Positions 20,269 through 29,543 of a DNA stretch of 64,000 nt are shown here, piece after piece. The notes under the pieces were generated by a model that worked only from the letters and a program-made list of their open reading frames with translations, had not been told where the DNA came from and searched no databases. Every line of letters starts with the position of its first letter. Within the stretch, counting starts at the first letter, position 1. The stretch is from the NCBI GenBank assembly GCA_964583765.1, contig CAZOWW010000003.1:6552-70551 (forward strand), given 5' to 3'. Origin of the DNA: an uncultured Kineosporiaceae bacterium. GTDB taxonomy: Bacteria > Actinomycetota > Actinomycetes > Actinomycetales > Kineosporiaceae. The translations under genes were made by a program, and so were the position numbers.

Positions 20269-22440
20269 ATGCAGGTACTGACCCGATTCGTGCTTCGACA
20301 CCGCTGGTGGGTACTCGCCTTCTGGGTCGTGACCCCGTTCGCAGGCGGGGCGGCGGCCGGGCAGCTCGGCTCCCGGCTCAGCTTCGACTTCTCCCTGCCA
20401 GGACAGCAGGGTTACGAGACCCAGCGGGCCCTGATCGCCTCCTACGGCGCCACCGCGGACGCCGCCTACATCCCGGTGATCACCCTGCCGCCCGGGCAGA
20501 ACGTGCTCTCCCGGCAGGCGGACATCACCGCGACCTTCGACGCCCTGCGGCGGGTGCCCGGGGTGCGCGTCGTCGACTACCCGACCACCCACGACCGCGG
20601 CTTCATCACCGACGACGGGCGCAGCACCTTCGCCGTGGTCTACGCCCCGCAGCCGAAGGGCTTCGTCAATCCGCTCGACCAGCAGGTGACCACCGCCCTC
20701 GACACCGCCCGGGCGCACGGCCTGACCGTGACGCTGACCGGTTACCAGCAACTCTCCGCCGGGAGCCAGAAGTCGGGTGGGCCGAGCGTGCTCGCCGAGA
20801 CCCTGGTCGGCGGGCTGCTCGCCCTGGCCGTGCTCGCGTTCGTCTTCGCGTCGTTCCTGGCGTTCCTCCCCCTGCTCATCGCGATGGTCTCGATCCTCGC
20901 GACCTTCCTGATCGTCCTGGGCCTCACCGCGCTCACGGACGTGAGCTTCGTCGTGCAGTTCCTGATCTCCCTGGTCGGGCTCGGGGTGGCGATCGACTAC
21001 TCGCTCATCGTCGTCTCCCGCTGGCGGGAGGAACGGGCCCACGGCGCGGACAACCACACCGCCGTCGTCACCGCCGCGGACACCGCCGGTCGGGCCGTGG
21101 TCGCGTCGGGCGGCACCGTGGCGATCAGCCTGCTCGCCCTGGTGATGATCCCGGTGCCGTTGCTGCGCAGCATGGGCATCGGCGGGATGCTGATCCCCCT
21201 GGTGAGCGTGGCCGTGGTGCTGACCCTGCTGCCGGTGCTCCTGGCCTCGGTGGGACCGCGGATCGACGTCCCGCGCCTGCGCCAGGAGGGATCGGCGTCC
21301 CGGGCGTGGACCGCCTGGGCCCGGCTGGTGGTCCGGCGCCGCTGGATCGCGGCCGGAGTTGCCCTTCTCGCGCTCGGCACGGCCATGGGGCCGGTCCTGC
21401 ACTCCCAGTTCGGGGTCGCGGACACCCGATCGCTCGCCGCGAACGGACCCGCGGTGGACGCCCTCACCACGCTGCAACGCGGCGGAGTCGGGGACGGAGT
21501 GGTCACCCCGGTCGTCGTCCTCACCCGTGGTGACGCCGGGGAACTGGCCCGCGTGGCGGCCGGGGTTCCCGGGGTGCACCTCGCGACGGCAGCCTCCCCC
21601 GGCGGTCAGGGTCTCACCGCCGTCGACGTGTTCCCCGTCCGCGAGACCGTCGACTCGAACAGCGTCGCCGTGGTCGACCGGGTGCGGGCCGCCGTCCGGC
21701 ACCTTCCGGGGTTCGTCGGGATCACGGGCACCGGCGCGACCATCGTGGACTACCGGCACGCGGTGTACGACAACTTCCCCCTGGTGATCGGCATCATCGC
21801 GCTGATCACGTTCTTCCTGCTCGTGCGGACCTTCCGCTCGGTGCTCCTGCCGGCCAAGGCCGTGGCGCTCAACCTGCTCAGTCTGGGCGCGGTCTTCGGC
21901 GCGGCGACCTGGTTCTGGCAGGAGGGCCACGGTTCGCGGGCGGTCTTCGGGATCGCCCCGACGGGCGCGATGACCTTCTGGATCCCTCCGCTGATCTTCG
22001 CGTTCCTGTTCGGGCTCTCCATGGACTACGAGGTGTTCATCCTCGCCCGGATGCGTGAGGAGTACGACGCGACCGGATCCACCACCCAGGCGGTGGTCCG
22101 CGGCCTGGGACGCACCGGCCGCCTCGTCACCTCCGCCGCGCTCATCCTCTTCTTCGCCTTCGCCGCGCTCGGTGCGGCTCCCGGCACCGACATCAAGGTG
22201 TTCGCGAGCGCGCTCGGTGCGGGCATCCTGCTCGACGCCACCGTGGTGCGGGCCGTCCTCGTCCCCGCGCTGGTCGCGATCCTCGACCGGTGGAACTGGT
22301 GGCTCCCGGCCTGGCTCGCCCGCCTGCTGCGGGTCGCGCCGTCCCCGCTGACCCCGCGTCCGGACGCACCGGAGGACGGCGACCCGCGGTCGGGGCGCCC
22401 GGCGGAGCGGCTTCCCGACCGGCTGCCCGACCCCGTGTGA
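20269..22440 (+). CDS. MMPL family (RND superfamily) transporter
   Basis: The 723-aa product has two hydrophobic modules of about six TM helices each separated by soluble loops, with typical MMPL strings ...LLVRTFRSVLLPAKAVALNLLSLGA... and ...FGLSMDYEVFILARMREEY... Confidence 0.92.
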   Translation: MQVLTRFVLRHRWWVLAFWVVTPFAGGAAAGQLGSRLSFDFSLPGQQGYETQRALIASYGATADAAYIPVITLPPGQNVLSRQADITATFDALRRVPGVRVVDYPTTHDRGFITDDGRSTFAVVYAPQPKGFVNPLDQQVTTALDTARAHGLTVTLTGYQQLSAGSQKSGGPSVLAETLVGGLLALAVLAFVFASFLAFLPLLIAMVSILATFLIVLGLTALTDVSFVVQFLISLVGLGVAIDYSLIVVSRWREERAHGADNHTAVVTAADTAGRAVVASGGTVAISLLALVMIPVPLLRSMGIGGMLIPLVSVAVVLTLLPVLLASVGPRIDVPRLRQEGSASRAWTAWARLVVRRRWIAAGVALLALGTAMGPVLHSQFGVADTRSLAANGPAVDALTTLQRGGVGDGVVTPVVVLTRGDAGELARVAAGVPGVHLATAASPGGQGLTAVDVFPVRETVDSNSVAVVDRVRAAVRHLPGFVGITGTGATIVDYRHAVYDNFPLVIGIIALITFFLLVRTFRSVLLPAKAVALNLLSLGAVFGAATWFWQEGHGSRAVFGIAPTGAMTFWIPPLIFAFLFGLSMDYEVFILARMREEYDATGSTTQAVVRGLGRTGRLVTSAALILFFAFAALGAAPGTDIKVFASALGAGILLDATVVRAVLVPALVAILDRWNWWLPAWLARLLRVAPSPLTPRPDAPEDGDPRSGRPAERLPDRLPDPV

Positions 22441-22441
22441 A

Positions 22442-22489
22442 CCTGATCCCCGATGAGCCTGATCCCCGATGAGCCTGATCCCCGATGAG
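22442..22489 (+). repeat. 3 x 16-bp perfect tandem repeat immediately after the MMPL stop
   Basis: CCTGATCCCCGATGAG occurs three times. It contains six TGA triplets, two in each reading frame (positions 22444, 22454, 22460, 22470, 22476, 22486). Confidence 0.95.
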
Positions 22490-22514
22490 GCGGACGGCCC
22501 CGGGGCCGTCCGCC
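22489..22514. terminator. perfect 26-nt palindrome between the convergent MMPL and gabD genes
   Basis: GGCGGACGGCCCC|GGGGCCGTCCGCC is a likely bidirectional terminator hairpin. Confidence 0.6.
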
Positions 22515-22561
22515 GTCCCTGTGCTCCCGTGCCGGTCGAGTACCGCGGAGTCGGCCGGGTT

Positions 22562-24049
22562 CTACAGGGCGATCCCGACGTACTTGGTCTCCAGGTACTC
22601 CTCGATCCCCTCCGCCCCGCCCTCCCGGCCGAGACCCGAGTGCTTGACCCCGCCGAACGGCGCGGCCGGGTTGGAGACGATTCCCTGGTTGATGCCGACC
22701 ATGCCGGTCTCGAGGGCTTCGGCCACCCGCAGGGCCCGGGACACGTCCCGGGTGTAGGCGTAGGCGACGAGCCCGTACTCGGTCGCGTTCGCGAGCGCGA
22801 TCCCCTCCTCGTCGCCGGCGAAGGTGGTCACCGGTGCGACGGGCCCGAAAATCTCCTCCGTGAGCACGCGCGCGCCCAGCGGGACCCCGGCGAGCACCGT
22901 GGGGGCGTAGAAGTAACCGCGCTCACCGAGGCGCTCGCCGCCGACCAGCACCCGGGCACCACGATCGGCCGCGTCCTGCACCAGCTCGGCGGCCTTGTCC
23001 CGGGTCGCGGCGTCGATCAGTGGGCCGACGTCCACACCGGCCTCGGTGCCCCGGCCCACGCGCAGCGCGCCCATGCGCCCGGCGAGACGGGCGGCGAACT
23101 CCTCGGCCAAGGACTCGTGCACGAGGAACCGGTTGGCCGCGGTGCACGCCTCACCGCCGTTGCGCATCTTGGCGAGCATGGCGCCCGACACCGCGGCGTC
23201 CAGGTCGGCGTCGGCGAAGACGAGGAAGGGCGCGTTGCCACCCAGTTCCATGGACACGCGCAGCAGCTGGTCCGCGGAGCGTGCCACGAGACCCTTGCCG
23301 ATCTCGGTCGAGCCGGTGAAGGAGAGCTTGCGCAGGCGCGGGTCGGCGAGCAGGGCCGCGCTCAGGGCACTGCTGCTCGAGGTCGTGACGATGTTGACCA
23401 CACCGTCCGGCACGCCGGCCTCGGTGAGCACGCCGGCGAGGGCGAGCATGCTGAGCGGCGTCTGGCGGGCCGGCTTGACCACCACGGTGCAGCCGGCCGC
23501 CAGGGCGGGACCGATCTTGCGCGTGCCCATGGCCAGGGGGAAGTTCCACGGCGTGATGAACAGGCAGGGCCCGACCGGCTGCTTCATGGTCAGCAGCCGG
23601 GTCGCCCCGTTGGGTGACACGGACCAACGTCCGGAGATCCGGACCGTCTCCTCGGAGAACCACCGGAAGAACTCGGCCGCGTAGGCGATCTCGCCGCGGG
23701 ACTCCGCGACGGTCTTGCCCATCTCCAGGGTCATGAGCAGGGCGAGGTCCTCGGTCCGCGCGACCAGGATCTCGTAGGCGCGGCGCAGGATCTCCGCGCG
23801 GTCGCGGGGGGCGGTGGCCGCCCAGGACGCCTGCGCGGCGACCGCCGCGTCGAGGGCACGTACCCCGTCCTCCGGGGTCGCGTCGGCGACCTCGGCGAGA
23901 ACCTCCTCGGTGGCCGGGTCGGTCACGGGCAGGGTGCCGGCACCGCCGGGCTCCCAGCGCCCGCCGATGAACAGGCCGGTGGGCACGGCCTGCACCACTG
24001 CGGCCTCCCGCTCGGCCCCGCTCTGTCCGACCTCTGCGGTTGCGCTCAT
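22562..24049 (-). CDS. gabD: NAD(P)-dependent succinate-semialdehyde dehydrogenase
   Basis: ...FITPWNFPLAMGTRKIGPALAAGCTVVVKP...MELGGNAP...MRNGGEACTAANR... gives the aldehyde dehydrogenase catalytic Glu/Cys with an SSADH-type context. I trimmed to the ATG at 24049 (MSATAEVGQ...). Confidence 0.9.
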   Translation of the reverse strand: MSATAEVGQSGAEREAAVVQAVPTGLFIGGRWEPGGAGTLPVTDPATEEVLAEVADATPEDGVRALDAAVAAQASWAATAPRDRAEILRRAYEILVARTEDLALLMTLEMGKTVAESRGEIAYAAEFFRWFSEETVRISGRWSVSPNGATRLLTMKQPVGPCLFITPWNFPLAMGTRKIGPALAAGCTVVVKPARQTPLSMLALAGVLTEAGVPDGVVNIVTTSSSSALSAALLADPRLRKLSFTGSTEIGKGLVARSADQLLRVSMELGGNAPFLVFADADLDAAVSGAMLAKMRNGGEACTAANRFLVHESLAEEFAARLAGRMGALRVGRGTEAGVDVGPLIDAATRDKAAELVQDAADRGARVLVGGERLGERGYFYAPTVLAGVPLGARVLTEEIFGPVAPVTTFAGDEEGIALANATEYGLVAYAYTRDVSRALRVAEALETGMVGINQGIVSNPAAPFGGVKHSGLGREGGAEGIEEYLETKYVGIAL

Positions 24050-24574
24050 GCGCGTCCTCACGACCTCTCGCTGTGTGGGGTCGGCCCGCCGGAATCGGTG
24101 GTCCCTGTGACCCCAGACGACGGAAACAGCAGGCAAGCGGCTCTGACAGTGTGCCGTTGCCCTGCTCACGCTCGACGCCCATGCTCGCATCCGGCCGGAC
24201 GGGGCACCAGAGCACCGAAGCGCCGCGATCGGTGTCCGCCACCACACCGACCGCGACGGCGCGCGACCGACCGGGCGGATCCGCCGGCTCCGTCCGGGCG
24301 AGCAGGATCCGGTCACCGACTGGTGCTGCCCGGACCCCGACACGGCCATCCGGGTGCCCCCTGCTCGCCCACAGTGACGACCGAGCCACCAGATGCCCCC
24401 ACTCCGGGGCCACAGAACGGCCTTCGACGCCCGATTCGGCTACGGTGCGCAGTCGAGTGAGAGCATCAGGACAAACCTCTCCGATCGGGGGGACTCCGTA
24501 GCGCGACTGTGCCATCCTGTGCGCCGGAGGGCGGCCCGCGCCCGTCCGGCATTTCTGTCTGCCCGGGGAGAAGC

Positions 24575-25945
24575 ATGACCAGCGCCCGACCACCTCGGCG
24601 CTTGCATCCCGTCGGTGAGGCACCTCCCGTGGGCCCGAGCGGACGTGTGCCCCGGACCACGCCGGGACGACCGCTTCGCCATGCCGATGTCCGCCGGGTG
24701 CTCCACGCGGGCGGCCCCGCGATCGCCTTCCAACCGCAGTTGTCGCTGTCCCGGCTCGAGGTCGCCGGCTACGAGGCGCTGGCCCGGTTCCCCGGTGAGG
24801 CCGTGAGCTGCCCGGAGCACTGGTTCGCCCAGGCGCACCAGGTGGGTCTCGGCGCCGCGCTCGAGGCTGCGGCGGTCTCCAACGCGCTGGCCGAGGGGGG
24901 CAAGCGACCGGCGGGGACCACTCTGGCGATCAACCTCTCCCCGAGTCTGCTGCCCGCGGCGGCCCTGCGGGCAGCCCTGCCACCGGACCTCGACGGGATC
25001 GAGATCGAGCTCACCGAGCACGAGGTGGTGCTCGACCCGGACGGCCTGCGTCGCCAGGTCGATCTGCTGCGCCGGCGCGGGGCTCGACTGGCCATCGACG
25101 ACGTCGGCGCGGGGCACTCGGGCCTGCGCCGCGTGATGGATCTGGCGCCGGACACGCTGAAGCTCGACCGCCACCTGGTGGACGGGGTCGCGGGCAACTC
25201 CGCGAAGGCAGCCCTGATCCGCGCCGTGGTGGACTTCGCGGACCACATCGGCGCAACGGTCTGCGCCGAGGGCGTGGAGACCATGGACGACCTGCTGGCG
25301 CTGGCCGACCTCGACGTCACCAGCGCCCAGGGCTGGATCGTGGGCATGCCCGACAGCACCTGCGACCGGGTCGACCCGGTGGTGCGGACGGCCTGTGAGC
25401 GGTCGCTGCAGCGGGTGCTCTCGACGCCCGACTTCCCGGATCTGAGCGAGGGCAGCACGGCGGCCCACGGGATGAGCCTGGAGGACCTGCTCGGCGCGCT
25501 CGCCGATGTGCGGGACCTCGACGGTCTGGCCCACCTCGCCCGGGCCGGGGCACTGGTCCTCGGCTGCGACCACACCGAACTCAGTGCCCTGCGCGCGGAC
25601 GGGACGGCGGTCCAGGCCGTGGTCGCCGAGAACTGGCGGGGCCAGGGCGAGATCTTCCACCTGGGCGACTACCCGAGCACCGCCCGGTGCCTGAGCGACC
25701 GCGTGGTGATCCCGGTCTACGCCGCCTCCACGACCGACGCCGGAGAGTTGCGGGTGCTGCGCCACCTGCACTACCAGAGCGTGCTGCTCGTCCCGGTGAC
25801 CAGTCGCGGCCACGCGGTGGGCCTCTTCGAGTGCTTCTTCGTGGACGACACCCCGTGGTCCCGCCGGCAGATCCGTTCCGCCCGGTTGCTGGCGTCGGTA
25901 CTGGGCCCTGTGCTGGACGGGCTGATGCGCCGTCCCCTGCGCTGA
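24575..25945 (+). CDS. EAL domain (c-di-GMP phosphodiesterase) protein with a C-terminal GAF-like domain
   Basis: The EAL signature residues are all present: YEALARF, AINLSP, IELTEHE, AIDDVGAG, LKLDRHLV, AEGVET, AQGW. The C-terminal 150 aa or so resemble a GAF fold (…VLLVPVTSRGHAVGLFECF…). The ATG at 24575 follows GGGGAGAAGC. Confidence 0.85.
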   Translation: MTSARPPRRLHPVGEAPPVGPSGRVPRTTPGRPLRHADVRRVLHAGGPAIAFQPQLSLSRLEVAGYEALARFPGEAVSCPEHWFAQAHQVGLGAALEAAAVSNALAEGGKRPAGTTLAINLSPSLLPAAALRAALPPDLDGIEIELTEHEVVLDPDGLRRQVDLLRRRGARLAIDDVGAGHSGLRRVMDLAPDTLKLDRHLVDGVAGNSAKAALIRAVVDFADHIGATVCAEGVETMDDLLALADLDVTSAQGWIVGMPDSTCDRVDPVVRTACERSLQRVLSTPDFPDLSEGSTAAHGMSLEDLLGALADVRDLDGLAHLARAGALVLGCDHTELSALRADGTAVQAVVAENWRGQGEIFHLGDYPSTARCLSDRVVIPVYAASTTDAGELRVLRHLHYQSVLLVPVTSRGHAVGLFECFFVDDTPWSRRQIRSARLLASVLGPVLDGLMRRPLR

Positions 25946-26094
25946 ACGCAGCGCTTCTCGTCCTCCTCTCGCCCGCAGCGCCTGCCGTTCGTATCCCGCA
26001 GACAGCGCCTGATGTTCGCTTTCTGGTCCCCGGGATACCGCCGAACAGGCGCCGACCCCGCGACTTCCGGGGCCGGCGCCTGTCGTCCGGGGGG

Positions 26095-27327
26095 CTATCC
26101 CAGGGTCGGCGCCTGCTCGCGCATCCCCCACGGCGAGCCGAAGGCGGTGAGCCGGTCGAGGAACGGGACGGCGTCGAAGGCCTCCGGCCCGAGCACGCCG
26201 GCCCCCGACCAGGTGCCCTCCGCGAGCAGCTCGAGAGCGACGACCGGGTTGATCGCGGTCTGCCAGACGACGCACTGCGCGCCGTACTCCGCCATCGACC
26301 AGGCGTTGTCCACGACGTGGTACAGGTACACCTCGCGTGGGCGGCCGTCCTTGCCCGTCCCCCTGGCCCACAGTCCGGCGCAGGTCTTGCCGCGCATCCG
26401 GTCCCCGAGGGTGGCCGGATCCGGTAGGCAGGCCGCGACGACGTCCCGAGGGCTGACCTGGACCGGCCCGGCGGCGCTGGGCACCCGCACCGGGGTGGTG
26501 GCGTCCAGGCCGAGCAGGTGGAGCGTGCGCAGGACCCCGATGAACTCCTCACCGAGGCCGTACTTGAAGGTCACCCGCCGGGCAGGCAGCCAGCGCGGCA
26601 TGAGGAGAACCTCCTCGTGCTCGACGTTGACGCACTCCACCGGGCCGATGCCCTCGGGGAAGTCGAACACCTCCGGCTCGCTGAACGGCGGAGTGGTGAA
26701 CCAACCCCGGTCCTTCTCCCAGATCACGGGCGGGTTGAGGCACTCCTCGATCGTCGTCCAGATCGAGAAGGACGGCGCGAAGTCGTATCCGTCCACGGTC
26801 AGGTTGGCCCCGTCACGGGTGCCGAGTTCGTCGATCTCCCCGAACAGGTGGTCGACCGCGTACCGGGCGAACACGTCGGACAGGCCCGGCTCGACGCCGA
26901 TCCCCACCAGGGCGAGCCGCCCGGCCTCCTCCCAGCGGGCGGCCTGGGCGAACTGCTCGTCCCCGAGCTTCACGCCCGTCAGGGCGTAGGGCTGATCGGG
27001 GTGCGGGCGGGACAGGCTCATCGCCATGTCCAGGTAGTGCGCCCCGGCCTCGAAGGCGCCCTCGAAGACGGGCAGCACGAACCGGGGATCCACGGCGTTC
27101 AGCACGTGCGTGATCGCGTGCTCCCGGCAGAGTGCGGCCACCGCGGAGGCGTCCGAGGCGTCCACGTGCGCGGCACGGATCCGCGGGTCCTTCACCCGCT
27201 CCGCGGTGGTGGTCGCCCTCGCGAGGTCGTAGTCGGCGATGATCAGTGCCTCGAAGAAGTCCCGACGCGCGGCGATTGCCGCCGCGGCGGAACCCACTCC
27301 ACCGGCACCGACGACGAGGATGCGCAT
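26095..27327 (-). CDS. saccharopine dehydrogenase family (NAD(P)-binding) protein
   Basis: MRILVVGAGGVGSAAAAIAARR is a Rossmann motif. The 410-aa architecture is typical of Lys1/LYS9-like or carboxynorspermidine-dehydrogenase-like enzymes. The exact substrate cannot be determined from the sequence. Confidence 0.8.
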   Translation of the reverse strand: MRILVVGAGGVGSAAAAIAARRDFFEALIIADYDLARATTTAERVKDPRIRAAHVDASDASAVAALCREHAITHVLNAVDPRFVLPVFEGAFEAGAHYLDMAMSLSRPHPDQPYALTGVKLGDEQFAQAARWEEAGRLALVGIGVEPGLSDVFARYAVDHLFGEIDELGTRDGANLTVDGYDFAPSFSIWTTIEECLNPPVIWEKDRGWFTTPPFSEPEVFDFPEGIGPVECVNVEHEEVLLMPRWLPARRVTFKYGLGEEFIGVLRTLHLLGLDATTPVRVPSAAGPVQVSPRDVVAACLPDPATLGDRMRGKTCAGLWARGTGKDGRPREVYLYHVVDNAWSMAEYGAQCVVWQTAINPVVALELLAEGTWSGAGVLGPEAFDAVPFLDRLTAFGSPWGMREQAPTLG

Positions 27328-27813
27328 GGATATCGCGTCCGTTTCTGGGTCTCGACCGGCCCGGTCGCCTGGTATCGGTCCGTCCGGGGGTCCGGAACGG
27401 CCGGCGTCTCAACGCGGCAACCCGTAGATCCCGGACCCTATGCCATGTCCGGGCACACGGAACGAGGACGAGCGAATCTGCGACGACCATCACGCCACGA
27501 TCACGGAGAGTTCCGCGGCCGCTCGCGGGAACCGCCGGTCCCGACCGGCCACGACACCCGCACCACAACGACGGGCAGAATGCGAGGAATACTTGCTTGA
27601 CGGCTTTTCGGGCCCCTGAAACGTTCTCGCAACGACCGCCCGCCCGCCACCTCCGCGCGCGGTCACGGATGTTACCCCCACGTTTCCCGGGAACCGTTCA
27701 CCGCACCTCTCGTTACAGCTACCGCACACCCCTGCCCAGGACCTCCGCACCGAGGTAGCCTCCGCCGGACCGGATTGGTCCCGTCTGGTTTCCGCCCGCG
27801 GTCAGGAGGATTG

Positions 27814-29487
27814 ATGCGCACCGACACCGCACCAGAAGCGGCTCCTCTCGGATTTCCGGAGGCCACTCCCGACAAAGGTCTCAAGGGCGGTGCACTCGGG
27901 CTCGTCTCGAGCATAGTTGTCGGAATCGCCTCGACCGCCCCGGCGTACAGTCTCGCCGCCAGCCTGGGACTCGTCGTGGCGACCACCAGCGGGGCGGGCA
28001 TCGTCGGGGTCAAGGCTCCGTCGATCATGTTGCTGGCCTTCGTGCCCATGCTCCTGATCGCGATCGCCTACCAGGAACTCAACAAGGCCGAACCGGACTG
28101 TGGCACGACCTTCACCTGGGCCGCCCGGGCCTTCGGGCCCCGGATGGGCTGGATGGGTGGCTGGGGCATCATCGCGGCCGACGTGATCGTGATGGCCAAC
28201 CTGGCGGCGATCGCCGGGGAGTACTCCTTCCGGCTCGTCGGCCTGGACTCCCTGGCCGACAGCACGCTCTGGAGCACCCTCGCCGGGGTGGTCTGGATCG
28301 CGGCGATGAGCTGGATCTGTTATCGGGGGATCGAGGTCTCGGCCCGACTGCAGAGCATGCTCCTGGCGATCGAGATCGTCGTCCTGCTCGTCTTCTCCGT
28401 CGTCGCCCTGGTCAAGGTCTACAACGGTTCCGCTCCCGCCGGCGCCCTGCACCCGAGCCTGTCCTGGCTCGTGCCCAGCGGGATGTCCCTCGGCACCATG
28501 TCCACCGCCACCCTCGCCGCGGTGTTCATCTACTGGGGATGGGACACCGCGGTCTCGGTGAACGAGGAGACGAAGGACCCGCACACCACCCCCGGACGCG
28601 CCGCGGTCCTGTCCACACTGCTCCTGCTGGCCACCTACGCCCTGGTCAGTGTGGCGACCGTGGCCTTCGCCGGGGTCGGGGACAGCGGTATCGGCCTGGC
28701 GAACGCGGACAACTCCAGCGACGTGTTCAAGGTGCTCGGCGGGTCCGTCTTCGGCGGGTCGGCACTCGGACAGGCGATGGCCAAGCTCCTGATCATCTCG
28801 GTGCTCACCTCCTCGGCGGCCTCGACCCTGACCACGATCCTGCCGACGGCGCGCACCGGGCTGTCGATGGGCGCCTACCGCGCGCTGCCGCGAGCCTTCT
28901 CCCGCATCCACCGGGAATACCTCACCCCGACCGTCTCGACGGTCTGGATGGGAATCGTCTCCGTCGCCTTCTACGTGGGCATGACGCTGGTGAGCTCCAA
29001 CATCCTCACGGACACGATCGGTGCGGTCGGTCTGCTCATCGCCTTCTACTACGGCATGACCGGATTCGCCTGCGTCTGGTTCTACCGGAAGAGCCTGACC
29101 GATTCCCCGCGGAATCTCGTCCTGCGCGGCATCGTCCCCGGACTGGGCGGGCTCCTGCTGCTGGGGGCGTTCGTCAAGGCCTCGTTCGTCTACGCCGATC
29201 CCAACTACGGCTCGACGAAGTTCTTCGGGATCGGCGGCGTGTTCGTCACGGGCATCGGCTCACTGGCGCTGGGGGTGCTCCTGCTGCTGGTCTGGCAGCG
29301 CATCGCCCCGGAGTTCTTCCGCGGGCAGACGCTGCCCCGACGCGGCGCGCACGACCTGGTGCTCGCCGGCCTGCCGGCCGAGCCCGAGGACGGCCTGCGG
29401 CTGCCCGACTCGGGCCTGCCCGACATCGTCATCGCGCCGGACCTGTCCAACCTGCCTCCCGGCGCCACCGTCGAGCGGCTCGAGTGA
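27814..29487 (+). CDS. APC superfamily amino acid / polyamine permease
   Basis: There are twelve or more predicted TM segments, with ...GALGLVSSIVVGIASTAPAYSLAASLG... and ...FIYWGWDTAVSVNEETKDP... typical of APC permeases. The ATG at 27814 follows AGGAGG. Confidence 0.9.
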   Translation: MRTDTAPEAAPLGFPEATPDKGLKGGALGLVSSIVVGIASTAPAYSLAASLGLVVATTSGAGIVGVKAPSIMLLAFVPMLLIAIAYQELNKAEPDCGTTFTWAARAFGPRMGWMGGWGIIAADVIVMANLAAIAGEYSFRLVGLDSLADSTLWSTLAGVVWIAAMSWICYRGIEVSARLQSMLLAIEIVVLLVFSVVALVKVYNGSAPAGALHPSLSWLVPSGMSLGTMSTATLAAVFIYWGWDTAVSVNEETKDPHTTPGRAAVLSTLLLLATYALVSVATVAFAGVGDSGIGLANADNSSDVFKVLGGSVFGGSALGQAMAKLLIISVLTSSAASTLTTILPTARTGLSMGAYRALPRAFSRIHREYLTPTVSTVWMGIVSVAFYVGMTLVSSNILTDTIGAVGLLIAFYYGMTGFACVWFYRKSLTDSPRNLVLRGIVPGLGGLLLLGAFVKASFVYADPNYGSTKFFGIGGVFVTGIGSLALGVLLLLVWQRIAPEFFRGQTLPRRGAHDLVLAGLPAEPEDGLRLPDSGLPDIVIAPDLSNLPPGATVERLE

Positions 29488-29532
29488 GTCCGACCTGATC
29501 ACCGGAGCTGAGTCCCACCTGATCACCGGAGC
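29485..29532 (+). repeat. 2 x 24-bp tandem repeat starting at the permease stop codon
   Basis: TGAGTCCGACCTGATCACCGGAGC / TGAGTCCCACCTGATCACCGGAGC. The first TGA is the stop codon of the gene. Confidence 0.9.
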
Positions 29533-29543
29533 CAGGAGGCACC

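Noticed and set aside
22442-22489. Whether the short tandem arrays here, at 31281-31397, at 47132-47246 and elsewhere could be CRISPR arrays.
   Set aside because: The units are directly adjacent with no unique spacers. They are 9-24 bp long, there are only 2-6 copies, each locus has a different unit, and no cas genes are present. They are tandem repeats, not CRISPR.
24050-24413. A minus-strand frame in the gabD-EAL spacer that reads …GRVGVRAAPVGDRILLARTEPADPPGRSRAVAVGVVADTDRGASVLW…, with about 82% G/C at codon position 3 over 66 codons by hand count.
   Set aside because: The frame has no stop before it runs about 900 nt out-of-frame into gabD. The GC3 excess is under 2 SD for the sample size given that I chose among six frames, and I recognise no family. 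At most it is a decayed gene remnant, so I do not annotate it.
24455-24495. A possible GEMM-I (c-di-GMP) riboswitch upstream of the EAL gene.
   Set aside because: Only a partial resemblance to the 5' half (AGGACAAACC … GGGGGGAC) is visible. I cannot find the conserved 3' half or the paired-helix architecture by eye. It needs a covariance-model scan before any call.
27700-27813. A glycine or lysine riboswitch upstream of the APC permease; a 'CACCGAGG' string is reminiscent of the glycine-riboswitch ACCGAAGG.
   Set aside because: Only one short string matches. The other conserved elements (GGAGAG/CTCTGGAGAG for glycine, GAGGCGC…the L-box helices for lysine) are not present.
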